Assembly (NCBI GenBank): GCA_043797105.1
Contig: JAZDPZ010000009.1
Span: 44,570 to 108,569, forward strand
Source: a bacterium
Lineage (GTDB): Bacteria > Cyanobacteriota > Vampirovibrionia > Gastranaerophilales > CAZEDP01
Direction of reading: 5' to 3'
Length of the DNA: 64,000 nucleotides
How positions within the stretch are numbered: the stretch's first letter is position 1; each line of letters opens with the position of its first letter. Shown in pieces: positions 8,910 through 18,248 of the stretch. Under the pieces are notes generated by a model. The model was not told the origin of the DNA, searched no databases, and worked only from the letters and a program-made list of their open reading frames with translations. Both the position numbers and the translations under genes were made by a program.

Positions 8910-9560
8910 TTAAGCCTCCTTATTTTGTTGTTCTTCTCTGAATTCAATAGTTATATCATCTTTATTCCTGGAAATATAAATACCATCTAATGTATATAAT
9001 TCATCGCCTGTACTGTTTTTATATACCTGTACATTCTTTATAAAAAGCTCACAAGGGTCTAAAGTATCAGAAAAAGATTCAACCCATCCATCAAATACTA
9101 AATCATTTTTTATATCTCTGACAGTAACCCACTTAGTATCATTTGAATCAAATATATAACACCAAGTATTTGGTTCAGGCGTTTTTTTTGTTACATTAAA
9201 TTTTCTCATTATTTTATGAAATAATTTTTCATTTATTATATAAGAAATAATTATTGCATTAGCGACTGCTAATATGCTTACCCAGAAAATTTCCAGAAAT
9301 TTGATTTTAGAGTCTGTATTATTTAAGACATTAAAAAAATAAATTTGATTATCTATATTTAAGATATTCAATTTATTTAAGACATATAAAATTCCATAAT
9401 AATTAAAATATGCTAAAAATCCTAAAACAAAAGAATATACTATAAAGTAACTAAATTCTTTTTTCTTGTAAAAAATTAGACTTTCAATAATTAAATAAGA
9501 AATTATGCCCGGCAAAAATAAGCACATTATTTTAAGTGTAAAATTTGTTAGTTCACCCAT
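8910..9560 (-). CDS. Membrane protein of unknown function (N-terminal TM helices, soluble C-terminal domain)
   Basis: The hydrophobic N-terminal half includes IMCLFLPGIISYLIIESLIF, FIVYSFVLGFLAYF and FWVSILAVANAIIISYII. The C-terminal domain is WCYIFDSNDTKWVTVRDIKNDLVFDGWVESFSD...LFIKNVQVY. An ATG at 9560 is preceded by GAGG, whereas the track start at 9569 is a TTG. Confidence 0.6.
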   Translation of the reverse strand: MGELTNFTLKIMCLFLPGIISYLIIESLIFYKKKEFSYFIVYSFVLGFLAYFNYYGILYVLNKLNILNIDNQIYFFNVLNNTDSKIKFLEIFWVSILAVANAIIISYIINEKLFHKIMRKFNVTKKTPEPNTWCYIFDSNDTKWVTVRDIKNDLVFDGWVESFSDTLDPCELFIKNVQVYKNSTGDELYTLDGIYISRNKDDITIEFREEQQNKEA

Positions 9561-9628
9561 TTTAAACAATCCTCTATTTAATAAGAGAGTCCGCTTTTAA
9601 ACGAACTCTCTCTTAAATCTAATTTATT

Positions 9629-11767
9629 TTATACAAGAAATGCTACCAGCAATAAGGCAACTATGTTTAAAATCTTAATCATAGGGTTAATTGCGGGTCC
9701 GGCTGTATCTTTGTAAGGATCGCCGACCGTATCGCCTGTAACCGCTGCCTGGTGAGCAAATGAACCTTTTCCGCCAAGATTTCCGTCTTCAATATATTTT
9801 TTGGCATTATCCCAGGCTCCACCACCGGTTGTCATTGAAATAGCTACAAATAAACCTGTAACAATACTTCCAACTAAAACTCCGCCTATCATTTTAGCTC
9901 CTGCATAGGTAGCTATACTGGCAGGCAAAGCTTTTCCTATTAAAAGGAGCGCTATAGGAATAAGAACAGGCAATAAAGCCGGAATCATCATTTGCTTAAT
10001 AGCAGCTTTTGTAACAATATCAACACATGAAGCATAATTAGGCTTTGCTGTTCCTTCCATTATGCCGGGGATTTCTTTAAACTGTCTTCTAACTTCTTCA
10101 ACTACCTTGCCGGCAGTTTTTCCAACAGCTTCCATAGCATAGGATGCAAACAGGAATGGTATTAAACCGCCTATAAACAAGCCTATAATTATATAAGGAT
10201 CAGCTAATGAGAACATAGATTCATTAATTTTTGAAAATCCACAGCAGCCTTTAGCAGCTTCTTTTAAATCCTGTATATAAGCTGAAAACAAAACTATTGC
10301 GGCTAATCCTGCTGATCCTATTGCATAACCTTTAGTGACAGCTTTGGTTGTATTGCCAACAGCATCTAACGGATCAGTAACGCTTCTTACTTCATCTCCC
10401 ATTTCTGCCATTTCTGCAATACCGCCGGCATTATCTGTAATTGGACCATAAGAATCCAAAGCTATAATTATTCCTGCCATTGATAACATAGCCATTGCAG
10501 CTAATGCTACGCCATATAAACCAGAAAATGAATAAGAAATAATAATACCGAGAGCAATAACTATAACAGGTAAAGCAGTTGATTTCATCCCTACTGCTAA
10601 ACCGGCTATTATGTTAGTGGCATGACCTGTTAAAGAAGCTTCTGCAATGCTACGAACAGGTTTAAATGCCGTAGAAGTGTAATATTCAGTAATCATTACT
10701 ATTAAAGCAGTAACAATAATACCCACCGATGCAGAGGCAAACAATGCCATCGGAGGATATATTATGCCATTATACATTAAGCCTTCAGGAAAAAGTCCAA
10801 ATGTCGTCATAATAAAGGCAAAAATAGAAATAACTACGGTAGCAATCAAACCCATATATAAAGCTTTCATTATTTTGTTGTCTTTGCCCAGTTTAACAAA
10901 GAATGAACCAATAATTGAAGCAAGAGCAGACATTCCAGCTAAAACAAGAGGATAAACAACCGTCATTTCATCTTTAAAAAGTATAGCTCCCAGTAACATA
11001 GCAGCAACAGCCGTAACCGCATAAGTTTCAAACAAATCAGCCGCCATGCCTGCGCAGTCACCAACATTATCACCGACATTATCCGCAATAACAGCCGGAT
11101 TTCTTGGATCATCTTCAGGGATACCCGCTTCTACTTTTCCGACAAGATCAGCTCCAACATCAGCTGCTTTGGTATAAATGCCGCCGCCTAACCTGGCAAA
11201 AACACTTATTAAACTTGAACCAAACGCAAGACCTATTAAAGGTTTTACAGCTTCTTCCACAGGATAAAACATTCTTGTAATAGCATAATAACCGGCTACT
11301 CCAAGCAAACCTAATCCTACAACTAAAAAGCCTGTAACAGTGCCGCCTTTAAATGCGACGTTAAGCGCTGCTGCAAGACCGCTTTTTGCTGCCTGAGCCG
11401 TTCTTACATTGGCTTTAACAGAGACAAACATGCCTATATAACCAGCTAAAGCGCTAAATCCTGCACCTACAAGATAGCCAAAAGCAACTAGACAACCAAA
11501 AAGCCAACCTTTTTGCAGTCCAAATACAACTAATAATAATGCAAATAATACAACAGCAACAACAGCAACAGTAGAATACTGTCTATTCATATAGGCTTTA
11601 GCGCCTTCTTCAATATATGATGCTATTTCCTGCATTCTTTCAGTTCCGGCATCAAATTTTAGAACTGTTTGTCTTACCCAAAGACCACTAATTATTGTTA
11701 TAAATGCAAATAAAATAACAATCGTCAAACAATAACTAGCAGGGTTTTCTAATAGAATTGTAAACAT
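9629..11767 (-). CDS. hppA: Membrane-bound proton-translocating pyrophosphatase, K+-independent type
   Basis: The 712-aa polytopic protein has the motifs [37 protein letters not shown] and [22 protein letters not shown]. The Lys/Thr in [10 protein letters not shown] is the published signature of K+-independent M-PPases. Confidence 0.95.
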   Translation of the reverse strand: MFTILLENPASYCLTIVILFAFITIISGLWVRQTVLKFDAGTERMQEIASYIEEGAKAYMNRQYSTVAVVAVVLFALLLVVFGLQKGWLFGCLVAFGYLVGAGFSALAGYIGMFVSVKANVRTAQAAKSGLAAALNVAFKGGTVTGFLVVGLGLLGVAGYYAITRMFYPVEEAVKPLIGLAFGSSLISVFARLGGGIYTKAADVGADLVGKVEAGIPEDDPRNPAVIADNVGDNVGDCAGMAADLFETYAVTAVAAMLLGAILFKDEMTVVYPLVLAGMSALASIIGSFFVKLGKDNKIMKALYMGLIATVVISIFAFIMTTFGLFPEGLMYNGIIYPPMALFASASVGIIVTALIVMITEYYTSTAFKPVRSIAEASLTGHATNIIAGLAVGMKSTALPVIVIALGIIISYSFSGLYGVALAAMAMLSMAGIIIALDSYGPITDNAGGIAEMAEMGDEVRSVTDPLDAVGNTTKAVTKGYAIGSAGLAAIVLFSAYIQDLKEAAKGCCGFSKINESMFSLADPYIIIGLFIGGLIPFLFASYAMEAVGKTAGKVVEEVRRQFKEIPGIMEGTAKPNYASCVDIVTKAAIKQMMIPALLPVLIPIALLLIGKALPASIATYAGAKMIGGVLVGSIVTGLFVAISMTTGGGAWDNAKKYIEDGNLGGKGSFAHQAAVTGDTVGDPYKDTAGPAINPMIKILNIVALLLVAFLV

Positions 11768-11865
11768 GAATTAAAATTCTCCCTCTCTTTCTATAAACTG
11801 CACATAATTAATGAAAAATATTTTTTCATTAATTTAGACTTGAAAAGTATAACATATAAACTTGC

Positions 11866-13242
11866 TCAATCAAGAATAATATCAATTTGTTTATAATTTT
11901 TAAGTAAATTTATATGTTCCTGCTGAATCATTTCACCTGCTATAAGAATTGGGATTCCAGGAGGATACGCAACAATGGTTTCTTTTGAAATAAGTCCCAG
12001 ACTGGATTGAAGATTAATTTTTTTTGATTTTTTATAAAAAGCCTGACTTGGAGTAAATATAACTTTTGGATTAACCAAAGATGCAATATTTTCAGCTTGT
12101 TTATCAAAATTTTTTAGTAATTTTTTTGATTTAACTATTGAAACAGTTAATTTATCTAGATTTTTCCTGCTTGTGCCAATGCCGGTTAAAGCAAGAATCC
12201 CTCTATCATTATTTAATTCAACTTCAATATTATATTTTTCAAACAAAATATCAGCTAAATCCTGTCCTGATACTCCTTTTATCCCTAAAAATAATTTAGT
12301 TTTGTCAATGCTGTATTCAGAAGACTTTTTTAAAAATAATATATCTTTGTATTTTGAAAGATTTTGCTTGAATATATCAATATTTTCAAGCAAATTATCC
12401 AAAGTTTTCCCACCCTGTTTTGAATATAAATACTCTATAGCTCCCTCTATACTTGCTAAAATCACATAAGACGGCGAAGTTGTATTTACAATATTTAAAC
12501 ATTGCTGTAATGTTTCCGGATTTATTCTCGAAAATTTGCCCAAATGTAAAATTGCACCCTGAGTAAGACTTGATGCTGTTTTATGAAGTGATTGAACTGA
12601 AGCGTCAGCTCCCTGCTGAATAGCTGAAGTTGGAAGTTTTTTGCTAAAATTCCACAAAGCTCCATGAGCTTCATCAACTATAAATAAAATTTCTTTTTTC
12701 CTGCATAATTCAGCTATTGAAGCTATATCAGTAATAACACCCTCATAAGTCGGATTGGTAAGCCAGACTGATTTTATGTCAGGATTATTTTCCAAAGCTT
12801 TTTTTATTTTAATAAAGTCTAATTGTATTGGAATGTTCCATTCACTATGCCATTCGGGATTTATCCAGACAGGCTCGGCGCCGGATAAAATCAGAGCATT
12901 AACAACGGATTTATGAATATTTCTTGCAATTAAAACCTTTTCTCCGGGTTTTACAGTAGAAAGCATTAAAGCCAATATTCCCGATGATGAACCATTAACT
13001 AAATAATAAGAATATTTGCTTCCATATATTTCACTTGCTCTGATCTGGGATTTTAAAAGTACGCCAGCAGGATTTTGGAGATTATCAAGACCGATTATTT
13101 CAGAAAAATCAGCTTTAAAAACTTTTTTTCCCAGTAAATCCTCGATTTCCGGCAAAATTTTATAACCCTGCAAATGACCCGGCGTAGTAAATAATACAGG
13201 CTTATTTTCAGAAAATTTTTTTAAAATATCTATCAAATGCAT
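11866..13242 (-). CDS. PLP-dependent Orn/Lys/Arg decarboxylase family protein
   Basis: The 458-aa product has FTTPGH at the N-terminus, DEAHGA, and SLHKTASSLTQGA as the PLP-lysine block, all typical of the OKR_DC_1 fold-type I decarboxylases. Confidence 0.8.
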   Translation of the reverse strand: MHLIDILKKFSENKPVLFTTPGHLQGYKILPEIEDLLGKKVFKADFSEIIGLDNLQNPAGVLLKSQIRASEIYGSKYSYYLVNGSSSGILALMLSTVKPGEKVLIARNIHKSVVNALILSGAEPVWINPEWHSEWNIPIQLDFIKIKKALENNPDIKSVWLTNPTYEGVITDIASIAELCRKKEILFIVDEAHGALWNFSKKLPTSAIQQGADASVQSLHKTASSLTQGAILHLGKFSRINPETLQQCLNIVNTTSPSYVILASIEGAIEYLYSKQGGKTLDNLLENIDIFKQNLSKYKDILFLKKSSEYSIDKTKLFLGIKGVSGQDLADILFEKYNIEVELNNDRGILALTGIGTSRKNLDKLTVSIVKSKKLLKNFDKQAENIASLVNPKVIFTPSQAFYKKSKKINLQSSLGLISKETIVAYPPGIPILIAGEMIQQEHINLLKNYKQIDIILD

Positions 13243-13388
13243 ATTTACAATCTAACTAAGTATCTTAAGACAACAGGATAACCGCATTAAAGTACTTTGT
13301 CTAATTTAATTAACTTTACTCTAAATATAATATCAAATTGATTGAGATAATAAAGATATTTATACAAGTCCCAAATTGAATTTAAGAA

Positions 13389-13724
13389 ATGTTTTTGGGA
13401 GTAGATAATTCCTTCTTAATTATACATAAATTCAAAAACCAAAAACCGATTTTAGTTGGGTATATAAAAATTATGTTAGAAAATTCAAAAAAATTCATTT
13501 TATTTACAGTAGGTTTTGTTATGGTAATTATTATGGTTTCAGGATTTATATCAAACAAACCTGATTATATTTACTGTCCTATAACAAAAGAAAGTTTCAA
13601 TATCAACAAAGCATCAAAATTAAACTGCGAAGACAGATTATTAAAAATCAAAGAAAATTCTTCTTTAATTAAAGTTATAGATATAGCTGAGAAAAATAAA
13701 AAAAGGTTTACGCAAGGGTATTAA
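13389..13724 (+). CDS. Hypothetical small membrane-anchored protein
   Basis: This is an ORF with one TM segment (FILFTVGFVMVIIMVSGFI). The likely start is the internal MLENSKK. There is no homology call. Confidence 0.3.
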   Translation: MFLGVDNSFLIIHKFKNQKPILVGYIKIMLENSKKFILFTVGFVMVIIMVSGFISNKPDYIYCPITKESFNINKASKLNCEDRLLKIKENSSLIKVIDIAEKNKKRFTQGY

Positions 13725-13727
13725 ATT

Positions 13728-13970
13728 CTAAAGATTTTTATAGACTTCTCGTCTGTGTTTTACGTCTAATAATAGAATTAATAACCTATTGTCGTATTTT
13801 TTAAATAAAATTCTATAGTCTCCGCTTCTGAGTCTGTATGTATTAACAAGACCTGTTAATTTAACAATATTACAATTACCATATTCAGATTCAAGTTTTT
13901 TAACATTTTTATCGAATTTGGAAAAAGATTTTGTAAAAATCTTTGAAAATTCAAGATTATACTTAATCAT
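13728..13970 (-). CDS. RelE/ParE-family type II toxin
   Basis: MIKYNLEFSKIFTKSFSKFDKNVKK...YRLRSGDYRILFKKYDNRLLILLLDVKHRREVYK is a classic RelE/StbE pattern. The ATG at 13970 overlaps the antitoxin stop by 8 nt. Confidence 0.8.
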   Translation of the reverse strand: MIKYNLEFSKIFTKSFSKFDKNVKKLESEYGNCNIVKLTGLVNTYRLRSGDYRILFKKYDNRLLILLLDVKHRREVYKNL

Positions 13971-14205
13971 TGTTTCCAAAGACCTCATCATAGGTTAATG
14001 TTTTTCCGGTTTTTAGCTCTTCTTCCCCTTCTTTTATCGCTTGTAAATCTTCATCAGTTAAAGGTTCGTCATCAAGCGGAATATTTTCCCAAAAATCTTT
14101 TTCAAATTTATTTTTAATGAACTCAGCAAAATTAATAACTTCGGATATTTGTTTTTCATTAAGCTGATTAATTATTTTATTTAATTCTTCTTTTGGCGTA
14201 GCCAT
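13963..14205 (-). CDS. Antitoxin for the RelE-like toxin (acidic, 80 aa)
   Basis: This small acidic ORF lies immediately upstream of the toxin and overlaps it. The assignment rests on position and size only. Confidence 0.6.
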   Translation of the reverse strand: MATPKEELNKIINQLNEKQISEVINFAEFIKNKFEKDFWENIPLDDEPLTDEDLQAIKEGEEELKTGKTLTYDEVFGNND

Positions 14206-14318
14206 AATTTAGTCTCCATAAAGTCAAATTGTCTCTTGTTTAATATTCATTATAGCATATTAATTTATATTTTACGGGTATTTTTTTATTTTAAATCAAT
14301 AAATATTTATTTGGAGAA

Positions 14319-15061
14319 CTAATTACCCTTAAGGACTGCTGCTGCACAACCTTCACCAGTAGTAGGTGTACACTTATTAACAAAGCCATCATTAGCTCCA
14401 AAAGGCGCTAATCCTTTTTCCTGCACCCAGATAAAATAAATATCTTTCCCAAAGGTATTCGAACCTTTAAACCCGTTCACATCCGCAATTAAATACGCAC
14501 AAACTGAAGGTGGAGGATTAAATCCAGGAATATTATAGCTACAACTAGAACTAAGAAAGTAAAAAGATAATAAAGCCCCATTATTTATAATTAAGCCAGA
14601 AGGATAACTGCCCCAACCTGTATAAGGAGTACCATTAGGTCTATAGAAACTGCCTATATCATGCCAACAACCTTGATTTAAGCATTATGATCACATGATT
14701 TATTATAATTTAAATATATTGAAAAAATATTTTTCATATTATCTATACTCGTAAAAACACCTTTCAAACTCCCTGCATTATCCATCAAAATCATTTTAGA
14801 TGCTTGATCCATAACGGAATAAGTAGAAACAAAAGCTGTTTTATCTTGAGCATCCCTGATATTATGATAAACAGTCGGAATGGTTATACCTCCGATAACT
14901 CCTACTACTATTAAAACTATAAGAACCTCAGCCAAAATAAAAGCCTTTCTAAAAATGTTAGTTTCTTGAGAAAGTTTTGCTTTTCCTATGCTAATAATAA
15001 GCGCTGAACGAAAAAATATTATATCAAGATTTGAAAACATATATTTTTCTCTCTTTTTCAT
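14319..15061 (-). pseudogene. Type IV pilin-like/pseudopilin gene disrupted by a frame shift
   Basis: The 5' part (14678-15061) carries the prepilin motif RKAFILAEVLIVLIVVGVIGGITIP. A stop-free frame without any Met continues from ~14686 to the TAG at 14319. It reads NQGCWHDIGSFYRPNGTPYTGWG...CAYLIADVNGFKGSNTFGKDIYFIWVQEKGLAPFG...CTPTTGEGCAAAVLKGN, a typical pseudopilin C-terminal domain. The two frames overlap only within 'tgcttaa' at ~14676-14684. Confidence 0.6.
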
Positions 15062-15307
15062 TATTTTAAAGTAACATATTTTATGTGTACCACAAATTGA
15101 AAAATCTAAACGCTAAAATCAACTGATATTAAGGAATTGTTACATTTTTCAAAAAGGGGAAATGTCTGCTAATAGGATTTTTTGACGATTATCACCTTAA
15201 ATCCTTGACAAAATTAACTATGCAGGAATTTAATAAATTAATAACCAAATAGAGCTTGTCTTTAAGATATAATAAAAAGATTATTGAACTTTTATACGAA
15301 AAAAATT

Positions 15308-16804
15308 ATGAAATATCTAAAAATAAAAAATATCTCTAAAATTCCGCTATTATTGGTCAAATTTTTAGTAAATGATGATCAATATAAGCTTTATCTTATA
15401 GTTGCTGTATTAATAGGCATTTTTATCAGGTTTTACGGTTTGGATATCCAAAGTTTATGGCTTGATGAAATTTATTCAACCGTTGCTTCTTCATCTTCAA
15501 GCATTTCAAAAATGTTTATTAACTGGATATTAACTGATGTTCATCCTCCATTATATCAATTATTTATATATTACTGGATTAAAATTTTTGGAAATTCCGA
15601 AATAGCAGTAAGATTACCAAGCGCTATAGCCGGAACACTTTCAATATTTTTAATGTATTTTCTTTCAAAAAGGGTTTTTAATAAGTATATTGCAACTTCT
15701 GCAACAATATTGATTTCTTTTTCATATACTGCAATATGGTATTCCCAGGAAGCAAGGTCTTATGGTTTTTTGTTGTTATTTTCAACCGTTCTGACTTTAC
15801 TTTGGCTGGATATATTGAAAGAAATTGCTGAATTAAAAGCAAATAAGCTTATAATATATACTTTTGTCAGTATTATTACAGCATATTTACATTATTTTGG
15901 AGCTGTGCTTGTTTTTTTTCAAATAATTTATCTGCTTTTTATTACTTTATTCTGGTTTAAAAAAGAGGCAATAAAAATATTAATTTCTGGTTTTATAATT
16001 ATATGCGTATTCCTGGCTTGGTTTTCTATTCATTTTGTCTTTATTTATTGTACAATAGGCGGCAATTTCTGGATAAAAAAGCCGGATATCGGATTTTTGA
16101 TTCAATTAATCAACAGCTTAACTCCTTTTGATATTAAATTATTACTCATTCCTTTTTTTATTAATATAAAAACTTTTTGGTTAAAGCTAAATTTGTTAGA
16201 AAAAATTAAATTTTTAAAACCAAATTCTCTTTTTTCAGCATTGATTTATCTGACAATTTTTCCTGTTATAAGCTTGTTTATATTATCGCAGCATACACCA
16301 ATTTTAACTATTAGAAATTTAATAATACTTTTGCCTTCTTTTTATTTATTTATAGCAGTTTTTATATCATTAAATCCTTTTTTTAACAGAGTAAAAGGCA
16401 ATATTTTTGTTTTTATTTTTGCTTTAGCAGGACTTATTACATTTTTACCGTATCATTATAGTCCTTGTAAATCTGACTGGCGAGGAACAAGCAAATATAT
16501 AACTGAAAATATTAATAATAACTCAATTATTTTTGTAGATAATATATGGTCTACAAATCCAGTTTTACATGAATTTTATCTGAATAAATTTAATAAAAAT
16601 AATAAAAAATTGATTATAGAAGATTTTCTTCATTTGAAGAAAGATTTTTCGAAGCAAAAATACAGTAAAATATTTATCTTTAGCGTTCATAACAAACTTT
16701 CAAAAGACAAGAGACAAAAATTATTTGAAGAAAAACAATACAAATGCGCTAAAAAACATTTTTATCAGGTAAGTTGCTTCGAAGAATGTTCTTTTATCAA
16801 GTGA
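15308..16804 (+). CDS. ArnT/PMT-like (GT39/GT83-type) membrane glycosyltransferase
   Basis: The ~500-aa polytopic protein has an early loop LWLDEIYS...HPPLY and the segment IAVRLPSAIAGTLSIFLMY, typical of dolichyl/undecaprenyl-phosphate-sugar dependent glycosyltransferases. The ATG at 15308 is preferred over the TTG at 15284. Confidence 0.7.
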   Translation: MKYLKIKNISKIPLLLVKFLVNDDQYKLYLIVAVLIGIFIRFYGLDIQSLWLDEIYSTVASSSSSISKMFINWILTDVHPPLYQLFIYYWIKIFGNSEIAVRLPSAIAGTLSIFLMYFLSKRVFNKYIATSATILISFSYTAIWYSQEARSYGFLLLFSTVLTLLWLDILKEIAELKANKLIIYTFVSIITAYLHYFGAVLVFFQIIYLLFITLFWFKKEAIKILISGFIIICVFLAWFSIHFVFIYCTIGGNFWIKKPDIGFLIQLINSLTPFDIKLLLIPFFINIKTFWLKLNLLEKIKFLKPNSLFSALIYLTIFPVISLFILSQHTPILTIRNLIILLPSFYLFIAVFISLNPFFNRVKGNIFVFIFALAGLITFLPYHYSPCKSDWRGTSKYITENINNNSIIFVDNIWSTNPVLHEFYLNKFNKNNKKLIIEDFLHLKKDFSKQKYSKIFIFSVHNKLSKDKRQKLFEEKQYKCAKKHFYQVSCFEECSFIK

Positions 16805-16894
16805 ATTAGGTTTTAAAATTATTTTATACTCTTGAATTAAACTGATTTCTAATGTTTTTTTCAGGGGTTAGGGTAAACTTTAATATTACTAAAT

Positions 16895-17035
16895 TGTCAT
16901 CGCGAGGCTACATAGTAGCCGTGGCGATCCATAATTGTATATTTTTTAGATTGCTTCGGTGCCTAAGGCACATTCACAGGTTATTAATCCTTTCGGCTAG
17001 GACCTATGAAGGTGGCTTTGCCGCTCGCAATGACA
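16895..17035 (+). repeat. MITE-like palindromic repeat, long form, copy A (141 bp)
   Basis: The terminal inverted repeats are tgtcatcgcgag / ctcgcaatgaca. The core is 'agattgcttcggtgcctaaggcacattcacaggttattaatcc'. It is nearly identical to 61975-62115 (reverse strand) and related to 49596-49761. Confidence 0.8.
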
Positions 17036-17066
17036 GGAGAATATTTTTACTTGACGGGGGAAATAC

Positions 17067-17963
17067 ATGAAATATTCAAACAATTCTCTTTTTTATAGTT
17101 CATTGCTTTTATTTTCTGAAAAAGATATGGAAAAATTAAGCAAAAGCGCTGTATCTATTGCAGGTATTGGAGGAGTTGGAGCAATAGCTTCAGAAATGCT
17201 GGTCAGAAACGGCATAGCTAATTTAAAACTAGCTGATCCTGAACTTTACGAAGAGCCGAATTTAAATCGTCAGCTTTTTGCTACTGTTGAAACTATGGGT
17301 ATTAATAAAGCAATCTCAGGATATGAAAGGCTTACAAAGATCAATCCTGACTGTAAAGTTCAAGTCTTTGACAAGGGTATTAATTTATCTAATATCAAAG
17401 AATTTTGCAGTAAAACAGATGTATTAATTTGCCAAACTGATACTGAATCAACAAAAATTATTATACACAGAGCAGCAAAAGAGCAGCATATTCCTGTAAT
17501 TTGCGGTTCAAGAGGATCAATATTAGGACATAGATGGAATGTTATGGCAAAAACCTGGAATTATAAAAAATATCTTGATTTGCCCTGTTATGATGAAACC
17601 AATCATCCTGAAATTGCGCTTATTCCTTTTGAAGAACTTACTGAAGAATTATTAAACAAATATGACGAAACTATAAAAACTAAAAAAATGAATATTTTTT
17701 ATGAATATGCAAAATTAAAACCGGAAATGTTCGGCAGTATTTCACAACAGGATTTATTTGAAAGAATCAACAACAGCAATAATTATTTTAATAGACATGT
17801 TTGTTCTATTTTAGCTAATACAGCCGGATGTCTTGCTGCAACAGCCACCATAAAACTTATTCTTGACGGACCTGAAGCAGATTTGGAAATTAATCTTTGG
17901 GACAATTATTCTGAAAAATTAATTCTAAAACAAGATGATGCTTTTGTCTCGAGTTTAATATAG
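17067..17963 (+). CDS. ThiF/MoeB/HesA-family E1-like adenylyltransferase (non-canonical)
   Basis: It has the Rossmann nucleotide loop SIAGIGGVGAIASEMLVRNG, the NLNRQ motif and TDTEST. It lacks the usual N-terminal RYSRQ and has an insertion (~residues 165-235). Confidence 0.75.
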   Translation: MKYSNNSLFYSSLLLFSEKDMEKLSKSAVSIAGIGGVGAIASEMLVRNGIANLKLADPELYEEPNLNRQLFATVETMGINKAISGYERLTKINPDCKVQVFDKGINLSNIKEFCSKTDVLICQTDTESTKIIIHRAAKEQHIPVICGSRGSILGHRWNVMAKTWNYKKYLDLPCYDETNHPEIALIPFEELTEELLNKYDETIKTKKMNIFYEYAKLKPEMFGSISQQDLFERINNSNNYFNRHVCSILANTAGCLAATATIKLILDGPEADLEINLWDNYSEKLILKQDDAFVSSLI

Positions 17964-17968
17964 TTTTC

Positions 17969-18145
17969 TTATATATCTTCCGGTAAATAAAATCGTTCCA
18001 AATTTAAAATTTTTCTAACTTCGTCATAAGTAAAATCTTTACAATCACTACATTTTTGTTGATACATTGACACAATCATAAAGATATCATTAGTAGATAG
18101 CTTTATCATTCTTCTTCCATTTTCATTATCAATAATTCGTGCCAT
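17969..18145 (-). CDS. Small hypothetical protein (58 aa)
   Basis: GGAG lies 6 nt upstream of the ATG at 18145. The translation is MARIIDNENGRRMIKLSTNDIFMIVSMYQQKCSDCKDFTYDEVRKILNLERFYLPEDI. The track start at 18157 is a TTG. Confidence 0.45.
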   Translation of the reverse strand: MARIIDNENGRRMIKLSTNDIFMIVSMYQQKCSDCKDFTYDEVRKILNLERFYLPEDI

Positions 18146-18248
18146 TTTATACTCCAAATTTTTTAAAAAATGTTGACTTCTAATTAATATATCGGGATCT
18201 TTTAAGTAAAACTTTAGGATTAATTTTAAAAAATTAAGAAAAATATAT

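Larger units (their letters stand above)
8553..8950 (-). repeat. Tandem ~200-bp duplication (two units) covering peptide gene, its RBS and the first codons of argS
   Basis: 8553-8650 and 8753-8850 are nearly identical ('gtttaatcattatttttcctgagaatttgttttagaactttgttgac.gcctccttgtcctttta...'). The upstream unit retains a remnant argS start, ATGATTAAACAACTG... (MIKQL). Confidence 0.75.

Noticed and set aside
9581-9614. Hairpin 'aagagagt...actctctctt' after hppA as a terminator
   Set aside because: The stem is imperfect and no clear T-run follows on the transcribed strand. It is plausible but not supportable.
14450-14470. 'ggttcgaata' (minus strand), resembling a tRNA T-arm
   Set aside because: It lies inside the pilin-like coding frame (KGSNT). 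No acceptor, D or anticodon arm context can be built around it. I found no tRNA or rRNA anywhere in the window.
16852-17070. 72-aa ORF as a bona fide ubiquitin-like/ThiS-like partner of the ThiF-like enzyme (C-terminal ...DGGNT)
   Set aside because: About 47 of its 72 codons are the translated repeat element, which is also found unrelated to any E1 at 61975-62115. The GG is probably coincidental. I kept it only as a low-probability hypothesis in the findings.
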